Assembly (NCBI GenBank): GCA_002269645.1
Contig: NIVC01004398.1
Location: 1-47,119 of the forward strand
Length of the DNA: 47,119 nt
From: Macrostomum lignano
Lineage: Eukaryota
Direction: 5' to 3'
A program made the position numbers and the translations under genes. The notes beneath the pieces were generated by a model, which ran no database searches, was not told the origin of the DNA, and worked only from the letters and a program-made list of their open reading frames with translations. How positions within the stretch are numbered: position 1 is the first letter of the stretch; each line of letters opens with the position of its first letter. Below are positions 23,901-35,014 of the stretch, one piece after another.

Positions 23901-26900
23901 CTGATGGGGGCGGATGTTGGCGGATTGTGATGGGGGCGGATGTTGGCGGATTTTGATGGGGCGGATGTTGGCGGATTCTGATGGGGGCGGATGTTGGCGG
24001 ATTCTGATGGAGCGGATGTTGGCGGATTCTGATGGGGCGGATGTTGGCGGATTCTGATGGGGGCGGATGTTGGCGGATTCTGATGGGGCGGATGTTGGCG
24101 GATTCTGATGGGGGCGGATGTTGGCGGATTCTGATGGGGCGGATGTTGGCGGATTGTGATGAGAGGGTGGATTGTGATGGAGGGGCGGATTGTGATGAGA
24201 GGGTGTATTGTGATGGAGGGGTGGATTGTGATGGAGGGGCGGATTGTGATGAATGAAATGAATAGTGCATATCAAATAGGACGTAGGAATCGAACCCGAG
24301 ACCTAATTTTGTTTACACCAGACTTGGCGAGCCGCCTCTGCCAACGATATCCACTGGCTCCATCACCCTGGATCCGTGTCAGAAGGAAGCTCTAACCAAC
24401 GCTTTGCACCATAAAGTGGCCTTAATCCAGGGCCCTCCAGGCACCGGCAAAAGTTTCCTAGGTGTACTATTGATTCGCCAGATATTGGCGCTGCCAACCC
24501 TGCCCACGGTCCCGTGCTAGTCATGTCCTACAAGAACCACGCGCTGGACGAGTTTCTCATGGACCTCATGGCCCTGCCCGGCATGGAAGACAAAGTTGTG
24601 CGGGTTGGCGGTCGGTGCAGCAACGCCGAGCTGGAGAAGGTGTCGTTGAACATACTGCGCAAAGACAAGGTCAAACATCCGAAATCTAAAGCGCTTAATC
24701 ACGAGTTTTACAGCGTCTACGAAGACGCCGGGCAGAGGCAGGCTCAGCTGAAGGCGCGGCTGAATCACGTCAGCAGACTGCTGTCTGAGCCTGGCGTCCT
24801 GGTGCAGGAGGCGGCCACTCGCGCCCAGCTGCGGACTCTGTTGGTTAACTGGAGGCCCAGCGTGCTGCATCAGCAAAAACTGCGACAGGAAGCTATTGCT
24901 GGTGAGGCTGCTATTTGCTATGTGTAATTAGCTAATTCATTTTCATACCTTTATTCATTCTTTTTTAATAGGACGCCAAGATACCCTTAGAATTGAGACA
25001 GATGCTTTAACACCCGAAAAGTTACCAAGGCGACAAAACTGTAATAAGTACATTCATACGTTCGAACCAACCAACCTGCTCGCTCGCACTCACTCACCCC
25101 ACACTCACACCCACTCACCCACTCACTCACTCACTCACTCACTCACTCACTCACTCACTCACCCACTCACTCACCCACTCACTCACTCACTCACTCACTC
25201 ATTCACTCACTTACTCACCCACTCATCCATCCACTCACTCACTTACTCACCCACTCATCCATCCACTCATTCACTCACCCACTCATCCATCCACTCACTC
25301 ATTCACTCACCAACTCATCCATCCACTCACTCATTCACTCACCAACTCATCCATCCACTCACTCATTCACTCACCAACTCATCCATCCACTCACTCATTC
25401 ACTCACCAACTCATCCATCCACTCACTCATTCACTCACCAACTCATCCATCCACTCACTCATTCACTCACCAACTCATCCATCCACTCCCTCATTCACTC
25501 ACCAACTCATCCATCCACTCACTCATTCACTCACCAACTCATCCATCCACTCATTCACTCACCCACTCATCCATCCACTCACTCATTCACTCACCAACTC
25601 ATCCATCCACTCACTCATTCACTCACCAACTCATCCATCCACTCACTCATTCACTCACCAACTCATCCATCCACTCACTCATTCACTCACCAACTCATCC
25701 ATCCACTCACTCATTCACTCACCAACTCATCCATCCACTCACTCATTCACTCACCAACTCATCCATCCACTCACTCATTCACTCACCCACTCATCCATCC
25801 ACTCACTCACTCACTCAATCACCCACTCACCCGCCAACTCACCCAGCAGAATGGAAAAACCTCCGCAAGCCAATCGAGGATCCCGAAGCTCTTGCCGCCT
25901 GGCTGGATATCCCGCTAGTGCGTCAGGCCGTTCACACCGCCGTGGCCTGCTGGCTCCCCAACAAGGAGGAGCGTCGGCAGCATGCGGCCACCGCGGCGGC
26001 CTCGTCAAACTCTGCAGGCGCTGAATCTGTCGAATCTCACATCGCTCGGGTTCTGGCAAATTTCGAACAACGCTTCGGCCAGGTTCTTAGTGGCAAAGCT
26101 AAAAGCAACAAACAACAACAACAGAAGCAGCAGCAGCAGCAGCCTACAGACGATCCAGTTGATGATGAAGACTCTGAAGCAGCTGAGTTCGCTATGCAAC
26201 AGCGTCAGAGCGCTTTCATGTTCCAGCTAGGCAAGAAGCGAACCACCGACGTTGTAGTGAAATTTGGTCAGCAAGACGGCCTGACAGCTGGCGGCCTGAT
26301 GCTGGAGGCTTCATCTCAGACTGGACGACTAGCCGCTCTGCGAAGCGATCTGTGGCGTTTGGACATCGGCGAGAGGTGCGACCTGTTGCACTACTGGCTA
26401 CAGGAGAAGGTCACCGGCTCGATGGCTCAGGTGGAGACGCAGCTGGCCGACTATCTGCAGGTAAGGTCAATAATTGTTTGCAGTAAAATCCAAGTTTTAA
26501 AATTGAGCAGCTGCATTTCGAATAAATCAGTTTCAACTTCTAACGTTAGCGTACACATTTCTAGGAATGGAATTGATATTTCTAGGAATGGAATTGATAT
26601 TTCTAGGAATGGAATTGACATTTCTAGGAATGGAATTGACATTTCTAGGAATGGAATTGACATTTCTAGGAATGGAATTGACATTTCTAGGAATGGAATT
26701 GACATTTCTAGGAATGGAATTGACATTTCTAGGAATGGAATTGACATTTCTAGGAATGGAATTGACATTTCTAGGAATGGAATTGACATTTCTAGGAATG
26801 GAATTGACATTTTAAGGGATGGAGTTGCATTTCGAAAAATGGAGTTTACGTTTCTAAAAAGTAAGTTGATATTTCTAAGAGTACAATTGACTTTTCGAAG

Positions 26901-28205
26901 AATAAGGGTGGACATTTCTAAGAAAAATAGTTGACATTTCTAAGAATAAGGGTGGACATTTCTAAGAATAAGAGTTGACATTTCTAAGAATAAGAGTTGA
27001 CATTTCTAAGAATAAGGGTGGACATTTCTAAGAATAAGAGTTGACATTTCTAAGCATAAGGGTAGACATTTCTAAGAAAAAGAGTTGACATTTCTAAGCA
27101 TAAGGGTAGACATTTCTAAGAATAAGAGTTGACATTTCTAAGAAAAGACTTGCCATTTCTCAAGAGTTAAAATTTTAAACAAGAGTTGACATTTCTAAGA
27201 ATAAGGGTGGAAATTTCTAAGAATAAGAGGTGAAATTTCTAAGAATAAGAGTTGACATTTCCAAGAATAGGAGTTGAAATTTCTCAAAAAGAGCTGGCAT
27301 TTCTAAGAAAAGAGTTACCATTTCTCAAGAGTTGATATTTCTAAGAAAAGAGTTGCATTTTCATGATGTAGGTTGGCACTTCTGCATGTAAGTATGAGGT
27401 TAGCATGTATAAAAATCGGGTTGACATTTCTCAGAATTAGGTAGGTTTATACATATCTAAGAACGTAGTTGCCATTTAAAAGACTAAAATTTCTTAGAAA
27501 CTAGTACCGATTATGTCAAAGCGCTTTCCCTTCACTCTCTCCAGGTGTCCGAGACCCGTCGCCGACTTCAACGCCGCCACTGCGCCGAGATCGTCAAGTC
27601 CAAAAGAATCGTCGGCATGACCATCACGGGCGCCAGCATCAACAAAGACCTGCTCACCGCCGTCAAACCCGCCGTCATCCTGGTTGAAGAGGCCGCCGAA
27701 GTCGGCGAACCCCAGCTACTGTCCTGCCTGACCGACTCCACCCAGCATCTCATCCTCATCGGTGATCACAAGCAACTTCGGCCGCAGACTGAGAGCTACG
27801 AGTTGCGGATTAAATACCATCTGGATGTCAGCATGTTTGAAAGACTTATTAACAATGGTCAGTGAGACGAACTTTGTTTTACTGTAGCTCGTAGTAAAAC
27901 ATGCCTAATCATACCAGATCACCCATTGTCTGCTCAACCTAATCACCATCATCATCATCATCATCATCATCTTTATCATCATCATTATCATCATCATCCA
28001 CATCATTATCGTCATCACCATCATTATCCACATCATTATCATCATCATCATCACCATCATTATTATCATCATCATCACCATCATCATCATCACCATCATC
28101 ATCATCACCATCATTATTATCATCATCATCACCATCATCATCATCACCATCATCATCACCATCATCATCATCATCATCACCATCATCATCATCACCATCA
28201 TTATT

Positions 28206-28255
<50 letters not shown>

Positions 28256-28264
28256 AATCATCAC

Positions 28265-28301
<37 letters not shown>

Positions 28302-31300
28302 TGCCCTATCAAACTCCAGGCATCGCATACGATCAGCTGGAGTTGCAAAACCGGATGCGACCGGAGTTCTCCCGCCTACTCAAGGATATCTATCCCAATC
28401 TGCGCGACAACTTAGCCGTAGTGAGCAAACACGAACAGATCCTGTGCCTAGAGAAGTCAATGTACTTTTGGACGCACAGCTGTCCAGAGATCAGCGATCG
28501 CAGCTATACAAACGATGAAGAAGCTCAACGAGCGGTGCAGCTGGCCTGCTTCCTGGCCACGGTTGGAGGAGTGGAGCCGGCCAAGATCACCATCATTGCC
28601 ATGTACAGGGGCCAGACTGCTCTGATTCGTCGGTACTTGAAGAAGCGCATGATGCTGCTAGGCATCCTGCCTCCAGCTGGACCGTCAGCCGCCTCCGCTG
28701 CCGGGCCTGAACTGCCGATATCTGTTCATACGGTGGGGTAGATTGGACTGGCAGTGCGGGGTAGATTGGGACTGGGAGGGGCAGATTGTTACTGGGAGTG
28801 TGGGGTAGATTGGACTGGCAATGCGGGGCAGATTGGACTGGCAGTGCAGGGTAGATTGGGACTGGGAGGGGCAGATTGTTACTGGGAGTGTGGGGTAGAT
28901 TGGACTGGCAGTGCGGGGCAGATTGGACTGGCAGTGCGGGGCAGATTGGACTGGCAGTGGGGCAGATTGGACTGGCAGTGCGGGGCAGATTGGACTGGCA
29001 GTGCGGGGTAGATTGGACTGGCAGTGGGGCAGATTGGACTGGCAGTGTGGGGCAGATTGGACTGGCAGTGCGGGGTAGATTGGGACTGGGAGATGCAGAT
29101 TGTTACTGGGAGTGTGGGGTAGATTGGACTGGCAGTGTGGGGCAGATTGGACTGGCAGTGCGGGGTAGATTGGGACTGGGAGATGCAGATTGTTACTGGG
29201 AGTGTGGGGTAGATTGGACTGGCAGTGCGGGGCAGATTGGACTGGCAGTGTAGGGTAGATTGGGACTGGGAGGGGCAGATTGTTACTGGGAGTGTGGGGT
29301 AGATTGGACTGGCAGTGAGGGGCAGATTGGACTGGCAGTGTAGGGTAGATTGGGACTGGGAGGGGCAGATTGTTACTGGGAGTGTGGGGTAGATTGGACT
29401 GGCAGTGCGGGGCAGATTGGACTGGCAGTGTGGTGGTAGATTGGGACTGGGAGAGGCAGATTGGACTAATCTGCCAGACCGAAACCCCATCTCTCAGGTG
29501 GATCTGTACCAAGGCGACGAGAATGACGTCATCATAGTCTCCCTGGTCCGCTCGAACCGGGGCAGCCGCCTCGGCTTCCTCAAAGACCTCAGCCGTCGTT
29601 GCGTTGCTCAGTCACGCGCCCGCCGCGGGATGTACATCCTCGGCAATGCCGACTGTCTGGCCGGCTGCCAGGAGCACCAGCTGTGGCGCAGGCTCATCCA
29701 GTCCATGACTGAGGTTGGCTGTCTGGGCCCGCGCCTGGCGCTGGTCTGTCCGCGCCATCGGGATGCCACTCCGGCGCCTAGGCGGGAAGTGACGGACGCT
29801 AATGAGGTTGGTGATGAATGCTGATTCTGAAGCTGTATACTTAATCCCTGAAGCTGCAACCCAAATCCTTGAAGCTGCATCCCAGATCCCCGAAGCTGCA
29901 TCCCAGATCCCCGAAGCTGCATCCCAGATCCCTGAAGCTGCTTCCCAGATCCCTGAAGCTGCATCCCAGATCCCCGAAGCTGCATCCCAGATCCCCGAAG
30001 CTGCTTCCCAGATCCCCGAAGCTGCATCCCAGATCCCTGAAGCTGCTTCCCAGATCCCTGAAGCTGCATCCCAGATCCCCGAAGCTGCATCCCAGATCCC
30101 CGAAGCTGCTTCCCAGATCCCCGAAGCTGCATCCCAGATCCCCGAAGCTGCTTCCCAGATCCCCGAAGCTGCATCCCAGATCCCCGAAGCTGCATCCCAG
30201 ATCCCTGAAGCTGCATCCCAGATCCCTGAAGCTGCATCCCAGATCCCTGAAGCTGCTTCCCAGATCCCTGAAGCTGCATCCAAGATCCATGAAGCTCCTT
30301 TCCAGATCCCTGAAGCTGCTTCCCTAATCCCTGAAGCTGCTTCCCTAATCCCTGAAGCTGCTTTCCAGATCCCTGAAGCTGCTTCTCAAATCCCTAAAGC
30401 TTCTTCCTTAATACCTGAAGCTCCTCCTGAATACCTGAAGCTTCATTCCAATCACTGAAGCTAAAAGCCATCGCTAATCAAATAAAAACCTCAGGGCTTC
30501 CCAACCAGTCTGGACTTTTGCGACCGCCTGTGCGATGCCTTCATGGACTGCGGGCAGCACAAGTGCCAGAAGCTGTGCCGCAGCCCCCGGCATTCGCATA
30601 AGAATTGCGAGGTCATGGTGGACTTTCTGTACAACGGCTGCTCGCATCCGGGACAGCGGAAGTGCAACGAGGATCCTGCGGATCTGCTGTGCCAGGCCAG
30701 GGTCAGTTGATGTTGTGACTGAGTGTACATAACTGGCGATTAGAAACTCCGGGCGACTGTGTGAGCGTGTGCACGAAAACTACCCATTAGAATCTTGGAA
30801 GCTACCTATTAGAATCATTAAGGTACCTATTAGAATCATGGAAGCTACCCATTAGAATAATAGAAGCTTTCGATTAAAATCATGGAAGCTACCTATCAGA
30901 ATCATGGAAGCTACCTATTAGAATCATTTAGGTACCTATTAGAATCATGGAAGCTACCCATTAGAATAATAGAAGCTTTCGATTAGAATCATGGAAGCCA
31001 CCTATTAGAATCATAGAAGCTACCTATTAGAATCATGGAGGCTACCTATCAGAATCATTAAGATACCCATTAGAATCGTGGAAGCTACCCATTAGAATCA
31101 TGGAAGCTACCTATCAGAATCATTAAGATACCCATTAGAATCATAGAAGCTACACATTAGTATAATAGAAGCTTTCGATTAAAATCATTGAAGCCACCTA
31201 TTAGAATCATGAAAGCAACCTATTAGAATCATAGAAGCTACCCATTAGAATCATGGAAGCTACCCATTAGAATCATGGAAGTTACCCATTAGAATCGGGT

Positions 31301-34300
31301 GAGCTATAAAAAAAGCATCACATTCGTGAACACCTTCCATCCATCAACTACCGCAGGTGTCAGTTTCCTGTCCGAAGTGCCAGCAATCGGACACTAAACC
31401 CTGCCATCAGCCAATGTCCGATTATTCCTGTCCGCAACCCTGTCCAAAACGGCTGTCCTGCGGACACGCCTGTCCGGAGAAGTGCGGCGATCCGTGTCCG
31501 GCCAATCCGGCCAAGGATTGTCGGACCTGCTTAGAAGCTGAACGATTGCGAAAGGAGGCGCTGAAACGGCAGGACGAGGAGATGCAGAATCTGGCCCGCC
31601 GGGAGGCCAAGGACGAGTACGAGAGGATCAAGCCGGACAAGGAGGAGGAGGTGAGTGGCCGGCTTGGGGAATGAGGGGGTGGTAGATGGGAAATGAAGCA
31701 TCATTCAACTGGGAAATTAACGATCTGAGAGAGGGAAATGAAGGATTTGTGAAGAGGGAAATGAAGGATATGTGGAGAGGGAAATGAAGGATCTGTGGAG
31801 AGGGAAATGAAGGATCTGTGGAGAGGGAAATGAAGGATCTGTGGAGAGGGAAATGAAGGATCTGTAGAGAGGGAAATGAAGGATCTGTGGAGAGGGAAAT
31901 GAAGGATCTGTGGAGAGGGAAATGAAGGATCTGTGGAGAGGGAAATGAAGGATATGTGGAGAGGGAAATTAAGGATCTGTGGAGAGGGAAATGAAGGATC
32001 TGTGGAGAGGGAAATTAAGGATCTGTGGAGAGGGAAATGAAGGATCTGTAGAGAGGGAAATGAAGGTTCTTGTAGAGGGAAATGAAGGATCTGTGGAGAG
32101 GGAAATGAAGGATCTGTGGAGAGGGAAATGAAGGATCTGTGGAGAGGGAAATGAAGGTTCTTGTAGAGGGAAATGAAGGATCTGTAGAGAGGGAAATGAA
32201 GGATCTGTGGAGAGGGAAATTAAGGATCTGTGGAGAGGGAAATGAAGGATCTGTAGAGAGGGAAATGAAGGATCTGTGGAGAGGGAAATTAAGGATCTGT
32301 GGAGAGGGAAATGAAGGTTCTTGTAGAGGGAAATGAAGGATCTGTAGAGAGGGAAATGAAGGATCTGTGGAGAGGGAAATGAAAGTTCTTGTAGAGGGAA
32401 ATGAAGGATCTGTAGAGAGGGAAATGAAGGATCTGTGGAGAGGGAAATGAAGGATCTGTGGAGAGGGAAATTAAGGATCTGTGGAGAGGGAAATGAAGGA
32501 TCTGTGGAGAGGGAAATGAAGGATCTGTGGAGAGGGAAATTAAGGATCTGTGGAGAGGGAAATGAAGGATCTGTGGAGAGGGAAATGAAGGATCTGTGGA
32601 GAGGGAAATGAAGGATCTGTAGAGAGGGAAATGAAGGATCTGTGGAGAGGGAAATGAAGGATCTGTGGAGAGGGAAATTAAGGATCTGTGGAGAGGGAAA
32701 TGAAGGATCTGTAGAGAGGGAAATGAAGGATCTGTAGAGAGGGAAATGAAGGTTCTTGTAGAGGGAAATGAAGGATCTGTAGAGAGGGAAATGAAGGATC
32801 TGTGGAGAGGGAAATGAAGGATCTGTAGAGAGGGAAATGAAGGTTCTTGTAGAGGGAAATGAAGGATCTGTAGAGAGGGAAATGAAGGTTCTTGTAGAGG
32901 GAAATGAAGGATCTGTAGAGAGGGAAATGAAGGATCTGTGGAGAGGGAAATGAAAGTTCTTGTAGAGGGAAATGAAGGATCTGTAGAGAGGGAAATGAAG
33001 GATCTGTGGAGAGGGAAATGAAAGTTCTTGTAGAGGGAAATGAAGGATCTGTAGAGAGGGAAATGAAGGATCTGTGGAGAGGGAAATTAAGGATCTGTGG
33101 AGAGGGAAATGAAGGATCTGTAGAGAGGGAAATGAAGGTTCTTGTAGAGGGAAATGAAGGATCTGTAGAGAGGGAAATGAAGGATCTGTGGAGAGGGAAA
33201 TGAAAGTTCTTGTAGAGGGAAATGAAGGATCTGTAGAGAGGGAAATGAAGGATCTGTGGAGAGGGAAATAAAGAATCTAAAAGATATAAAGCATCTGGGA
33301 AAAGAAAATGTATGATTACACTCGAAACCAATGTCTACATGACACTAAATTGAAACCAATTCACTTTGCAGATGAGCCTAATCAAGCTGGATCCTGGCAG
33401 CTCAGAATTCTTCGACATCCAAGACCGGGTCACTAAGTACGTTCAGATGACTCACGGCTGGTTTCCCAAAGTTCGATCAGTGGAGCGTTTGCGCAACGTG
33501 AAGCTGCGAATGCGATTTCTGAGCTACCGACAGAACACAGCCAAGGATGCCACCAGGGTGGAGCTGAAATTTCACGGCACCTCAGCCGATGGTGTGAAGG
33601 GCATCACTAAAGAGGGCTTCCATCTGCCGCAGAATCCCGGGATGTTTGGCGCCGGGATCTACTTCGCGTCCGATGCGTCTAAGAGCGCCCAGGTTTGTTT
33701 TATTAGGCTTTTTGTGTGTGCAGGTGGCTCATCTACATCTACACGTGTCTCACCAGTGGTAGAGGTGTCTCATCATCTGTACAGGTGTCTCATCATCTGT
33801 ACAGGTGTCTCATCATCTGTACAGGTGTCTCATCATCTGTACAGGTGTCTCATCATCTGTACAGGTGTCTCATCATCTGTACAGGTGTCTCATCATCTGT
33901 ACAGGTGTCTCATCATCTGGACAGGTGTCTCATCATCTGTACAGGTTTCTCATAATCTGGAGAGGTGTCTCATCATCTGTGCAGGTGTCTCATCATCTGT
34001 ACAGGTGTCTCATAATCTGTACAGGTGTCTCATCATCTGTACAGGTGTCTTATAATCTGTACAGGTGTCTCATCATCTGTTTCATACATCTTCGCACGCT
34101 CATTGCTAAACTGACCCGTCTACATGTACATGTACACCCTGCAGGAGCTGTACACCAAAGGCTCGCGCACGCTGCTCCTGTGCGAGGTCCTGCTTGGCCG
34201 GTCCCTTCGCGTCACCGAGGCAACCAACAGCAAATACAATTGGAAATCACTGAGGCAAGAGAATTACGATTCAATATTCGCTCCAAGAGACACTAAGAAC

Positions 34301-35014
34301 TCTGGCGGTGTACTGTTTGACGAGTTTGTAGTGTTCAATCCGGATCAAGCCTATCCCAAGTACATCATCAAGTACGAGAGCGTCAGCGGTGAAGCTGCAC
34401 TGAATGAGATTAGCAAGCTGTCTATGGGACAAACCCAGCCTAAAACTGGCAATACTGTAGTGAAAATCCCGGCCTCTGTTGTGGCTACAAAGCCGGAAAC
34501 GTCGCCGGAAGTGCTCCACTACAGCATTGCTAATTCGCATTTCTTGTCCAGTTTTCAAGGCGGCCAAATGAGGTACAAAGTGACAGAGGTTTGGCACAAT
34601 TCCAATCCGCGGTTGGAGCATAAATTTGCTGCTAAACAGGCCGAGTTCAAGGCCAAGTATGGACCTGATCACCAGTACGCTCAGTACGTGCTGGCGTTTC
34701 ACGGAACCAAGACTGCCGCTATTGTCGATGATATTATGGCTAATAACTTTGATCTGAAGAAGCTGCAACGATGTGCCCACGGTTTCGGAGTGTACTTATC
34801 GGAATTTGCTGATGTGTCAGTCGGTTACGGGACAGAGATGCTGCTTTGCCGTGTGCTGCCTGGCAACCCGCAGGAAGGCTGCGGAGGCAGTCGACGCATT
34901 GACCCTGGCTACAATTCTATACGGGTTAATAAAAGCACTGACGGTCGCGGTTGGGCCCTTGTTATTGACAATGTCGACCAGATCCTGCCGCTGTACAAGG
35001 TTGTGTTTCAATAA
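17948..35014 (+). CDS. ZNFX1: ZNFX1-like SF1 (UPF1-like) RNA helicase with NF-X1-type zinc fingers fused to two C-terminal PARP-like ADP-ribosyltransferase domains (~2,000 aa, 15 exons)
   Basis: Hand-built exons: 17948-18298, 18918-19176, 20082-20440, ~21843-22390, 22842-23227, 23491-23752, 24322-24901, 25847-26460, 27545-27857, 28320-28732, 29498-29806, 30495-30701, 31357-31650, 33372-33692, 34145-35014. Donor and acceptor phases match at each junction, although the exon 3/4 junction is ambiguous. ZNFX1 motifs: GPYRNADHYYDTYFRLYRADC, NWRKSSRLMQGNLVCLS, LMAESPSLFRAFEPVLRSLQ, QGPPGTGKS, KNHALDEFL, LWRLDIGERCDLLHYWL, GMTITGA, VEEAAEV, LIGDHKQLRP, SMFERL, QNRMRPE, VDLYQGDENDVIIVSLVRSN, VAQSRAR. 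Two lesions (in-frame TAA at 21864; -1 frameshift near 24500). Confidence 0.9.
18380..18865. repeat. Degenerate ~21-bp minisatellite (gcaccttagcaaccatctcga), helicase intron 1
   Basis: Tandem array; source of the spurious LLEIVAK ORFs. Confidence 0.9.
19200..20040. repeat. 56-bp minisatellite, helicase intron 2
   Basis: Unit gcaaatctcccccgtaagatttccgatagaagtctccctcatgagatttcctataa; tcccccg recurs at 19505 and 19561. Confidence 0.95.
20530..21830. repeat. 36-bp minisatellite, helicase intron 3
   Basis: gttgtcagatggcgcttaaaaagcgtcgaatcttgt plus a cttgactttgg variant; gives the MALKKRRILCCQ repeat ORF. Confidence 0.97.
22490..22830. repeat. 33-bp minisatellite, helicase intron 4
   Basis: gagatttcaaaatccacactcagtctcaggggt repeated. 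Confidence 0.95.
23260..23430. repeat. 24-bp minisatellite, helicase intron 5
   Basis: catatttagcgacaacctcatcga-like units. Confidence 0.9.
23800..24250. repeat. 25-26 bp minisatellite, helicase intron 6
   Basis: gcggatgttggcggattctgatggg repeated, then a ggattgtgatg variant. Confidence 0.95.
24322..29806 (+). CDS. SF1 helicase core exons of the ZNFX1-like gene
   Basis: Walker A GPPGTGKS at 24431-24454; Walker B variant VEEAAEV in exon 27545-27857; motif V/VI region VDLYQGDEND...QSRARR in exon 29498-29806. Confidence 0.92.
25085..25830. repeat. (CACT)n-derived 32-bp minisatellite, helicase intron 7
   Basis: cactcactcattcactcaccaactcatccatc repeated. Confidence 0.95.
26550..27360. repeat. 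21-bp (tttctaggaatggaattgaca) array grading into a 22-bp relative (gacatttctaagaataagagtt), helicase intron 8
   Basis: Directly visible tandem arrays. Confidence 0.93.
27944..28300. repeat. (CAT)n microsatellite, helicase intron 9
   Basis: cat/cac/tat triplets between donor 27858 and acceptor 28319. Confidence 0.97.
28733..29470. repeat. G-rich compound minisatellite (ggcagattggactggcagtg...), helicase intron 10
   Basis: Array starts at the donor GT itself. Confidence 0.95.
29840..30440. repeat. 21-bp minisatellite (cccagatccccgaagctgcat)n, helicase intron 11
   Basis: Tandem array, open in several frames. Confidence 0.97.
30495..31650 (+). CDS. NF-X1-type zinc-finger and coiled-coil exons (30495-30701, 31357-31650)
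   Basis: CDRLCDAFMDCGQHKCQKLCRSPRHSHKNC and CPQPCPKRLSCGHACPEKCGDPC, followed by a charged helix (EAERLRKEALKRQDEEMQ); phase-0 junctions. Confidence 0.85.
30780..31290. repeat. ~22-bp minisatellite (gctacccattagaatcatggaa), helicase intron 12
   Basis: Tandem array. Confidence 0.93.
31730..33270. repeat. 23-bp minisatellite (ggaaatgaaggatctgtggagag)n, helicase intron 13
   Basis: ~1.5 kb tandem array. Confidence 0.97.
33372..34380 (+). CDS. PARP-like catalytic domain 1 (H-Y-E), split by intron 33693-34144
   Basis: KFHGT (His 33573), PGMFGAGIYFASDASKS (Tyr 33660), LLLCEVLLG, FDEFVVFNPDQAYPKYII (Glu 34322). Confidence 0.9.
33760..34080. repeat. 20-bp minisatellite (acaggtgtctcatcatctgt)n, helicase intron 14
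   Basis: ~15 tandem units. Confidence 0.97.
34450..35014 (+). CDS. PARP-like catalytic domain 2 (H-Y-A)
   Basis: NPRLEHKF, LAFHGT (His 34700), HGFGVYLSE (Tyr 34793), MLLCRVLPG, GWALVIDNVDQILPLYKV (Ala 34955 at the Glu position); TAA at 35012-35014. Confidence 0.8.

Noticed and set aside
27905-28348. Poly-His, poly-Asp and poly-Met ORFs
   Set aside because: (CAT)n lies between a phase-1 donor (27858) and acceptor (28319) that join NNG-IAYDQL of the helicase, so it is intronic.
29608-30458. Long repetitive ORFs (IPEAASQ)n, (DAASGIW)n and similar
   Set aside because: A stop-free 21-bp intronic minisatellite; flanking splice sites join the helicase to the zinc fingers.
33372-35014. PARP exons as an independent gene starting at ATG 33372
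   Set aside because: The ATG follows a strong acceptor (tcactttgcAG) in phase with the 31650 donor, and the upstream exon has no other terminal exon; fusion is more parsimonious but needs RNA confirmation.
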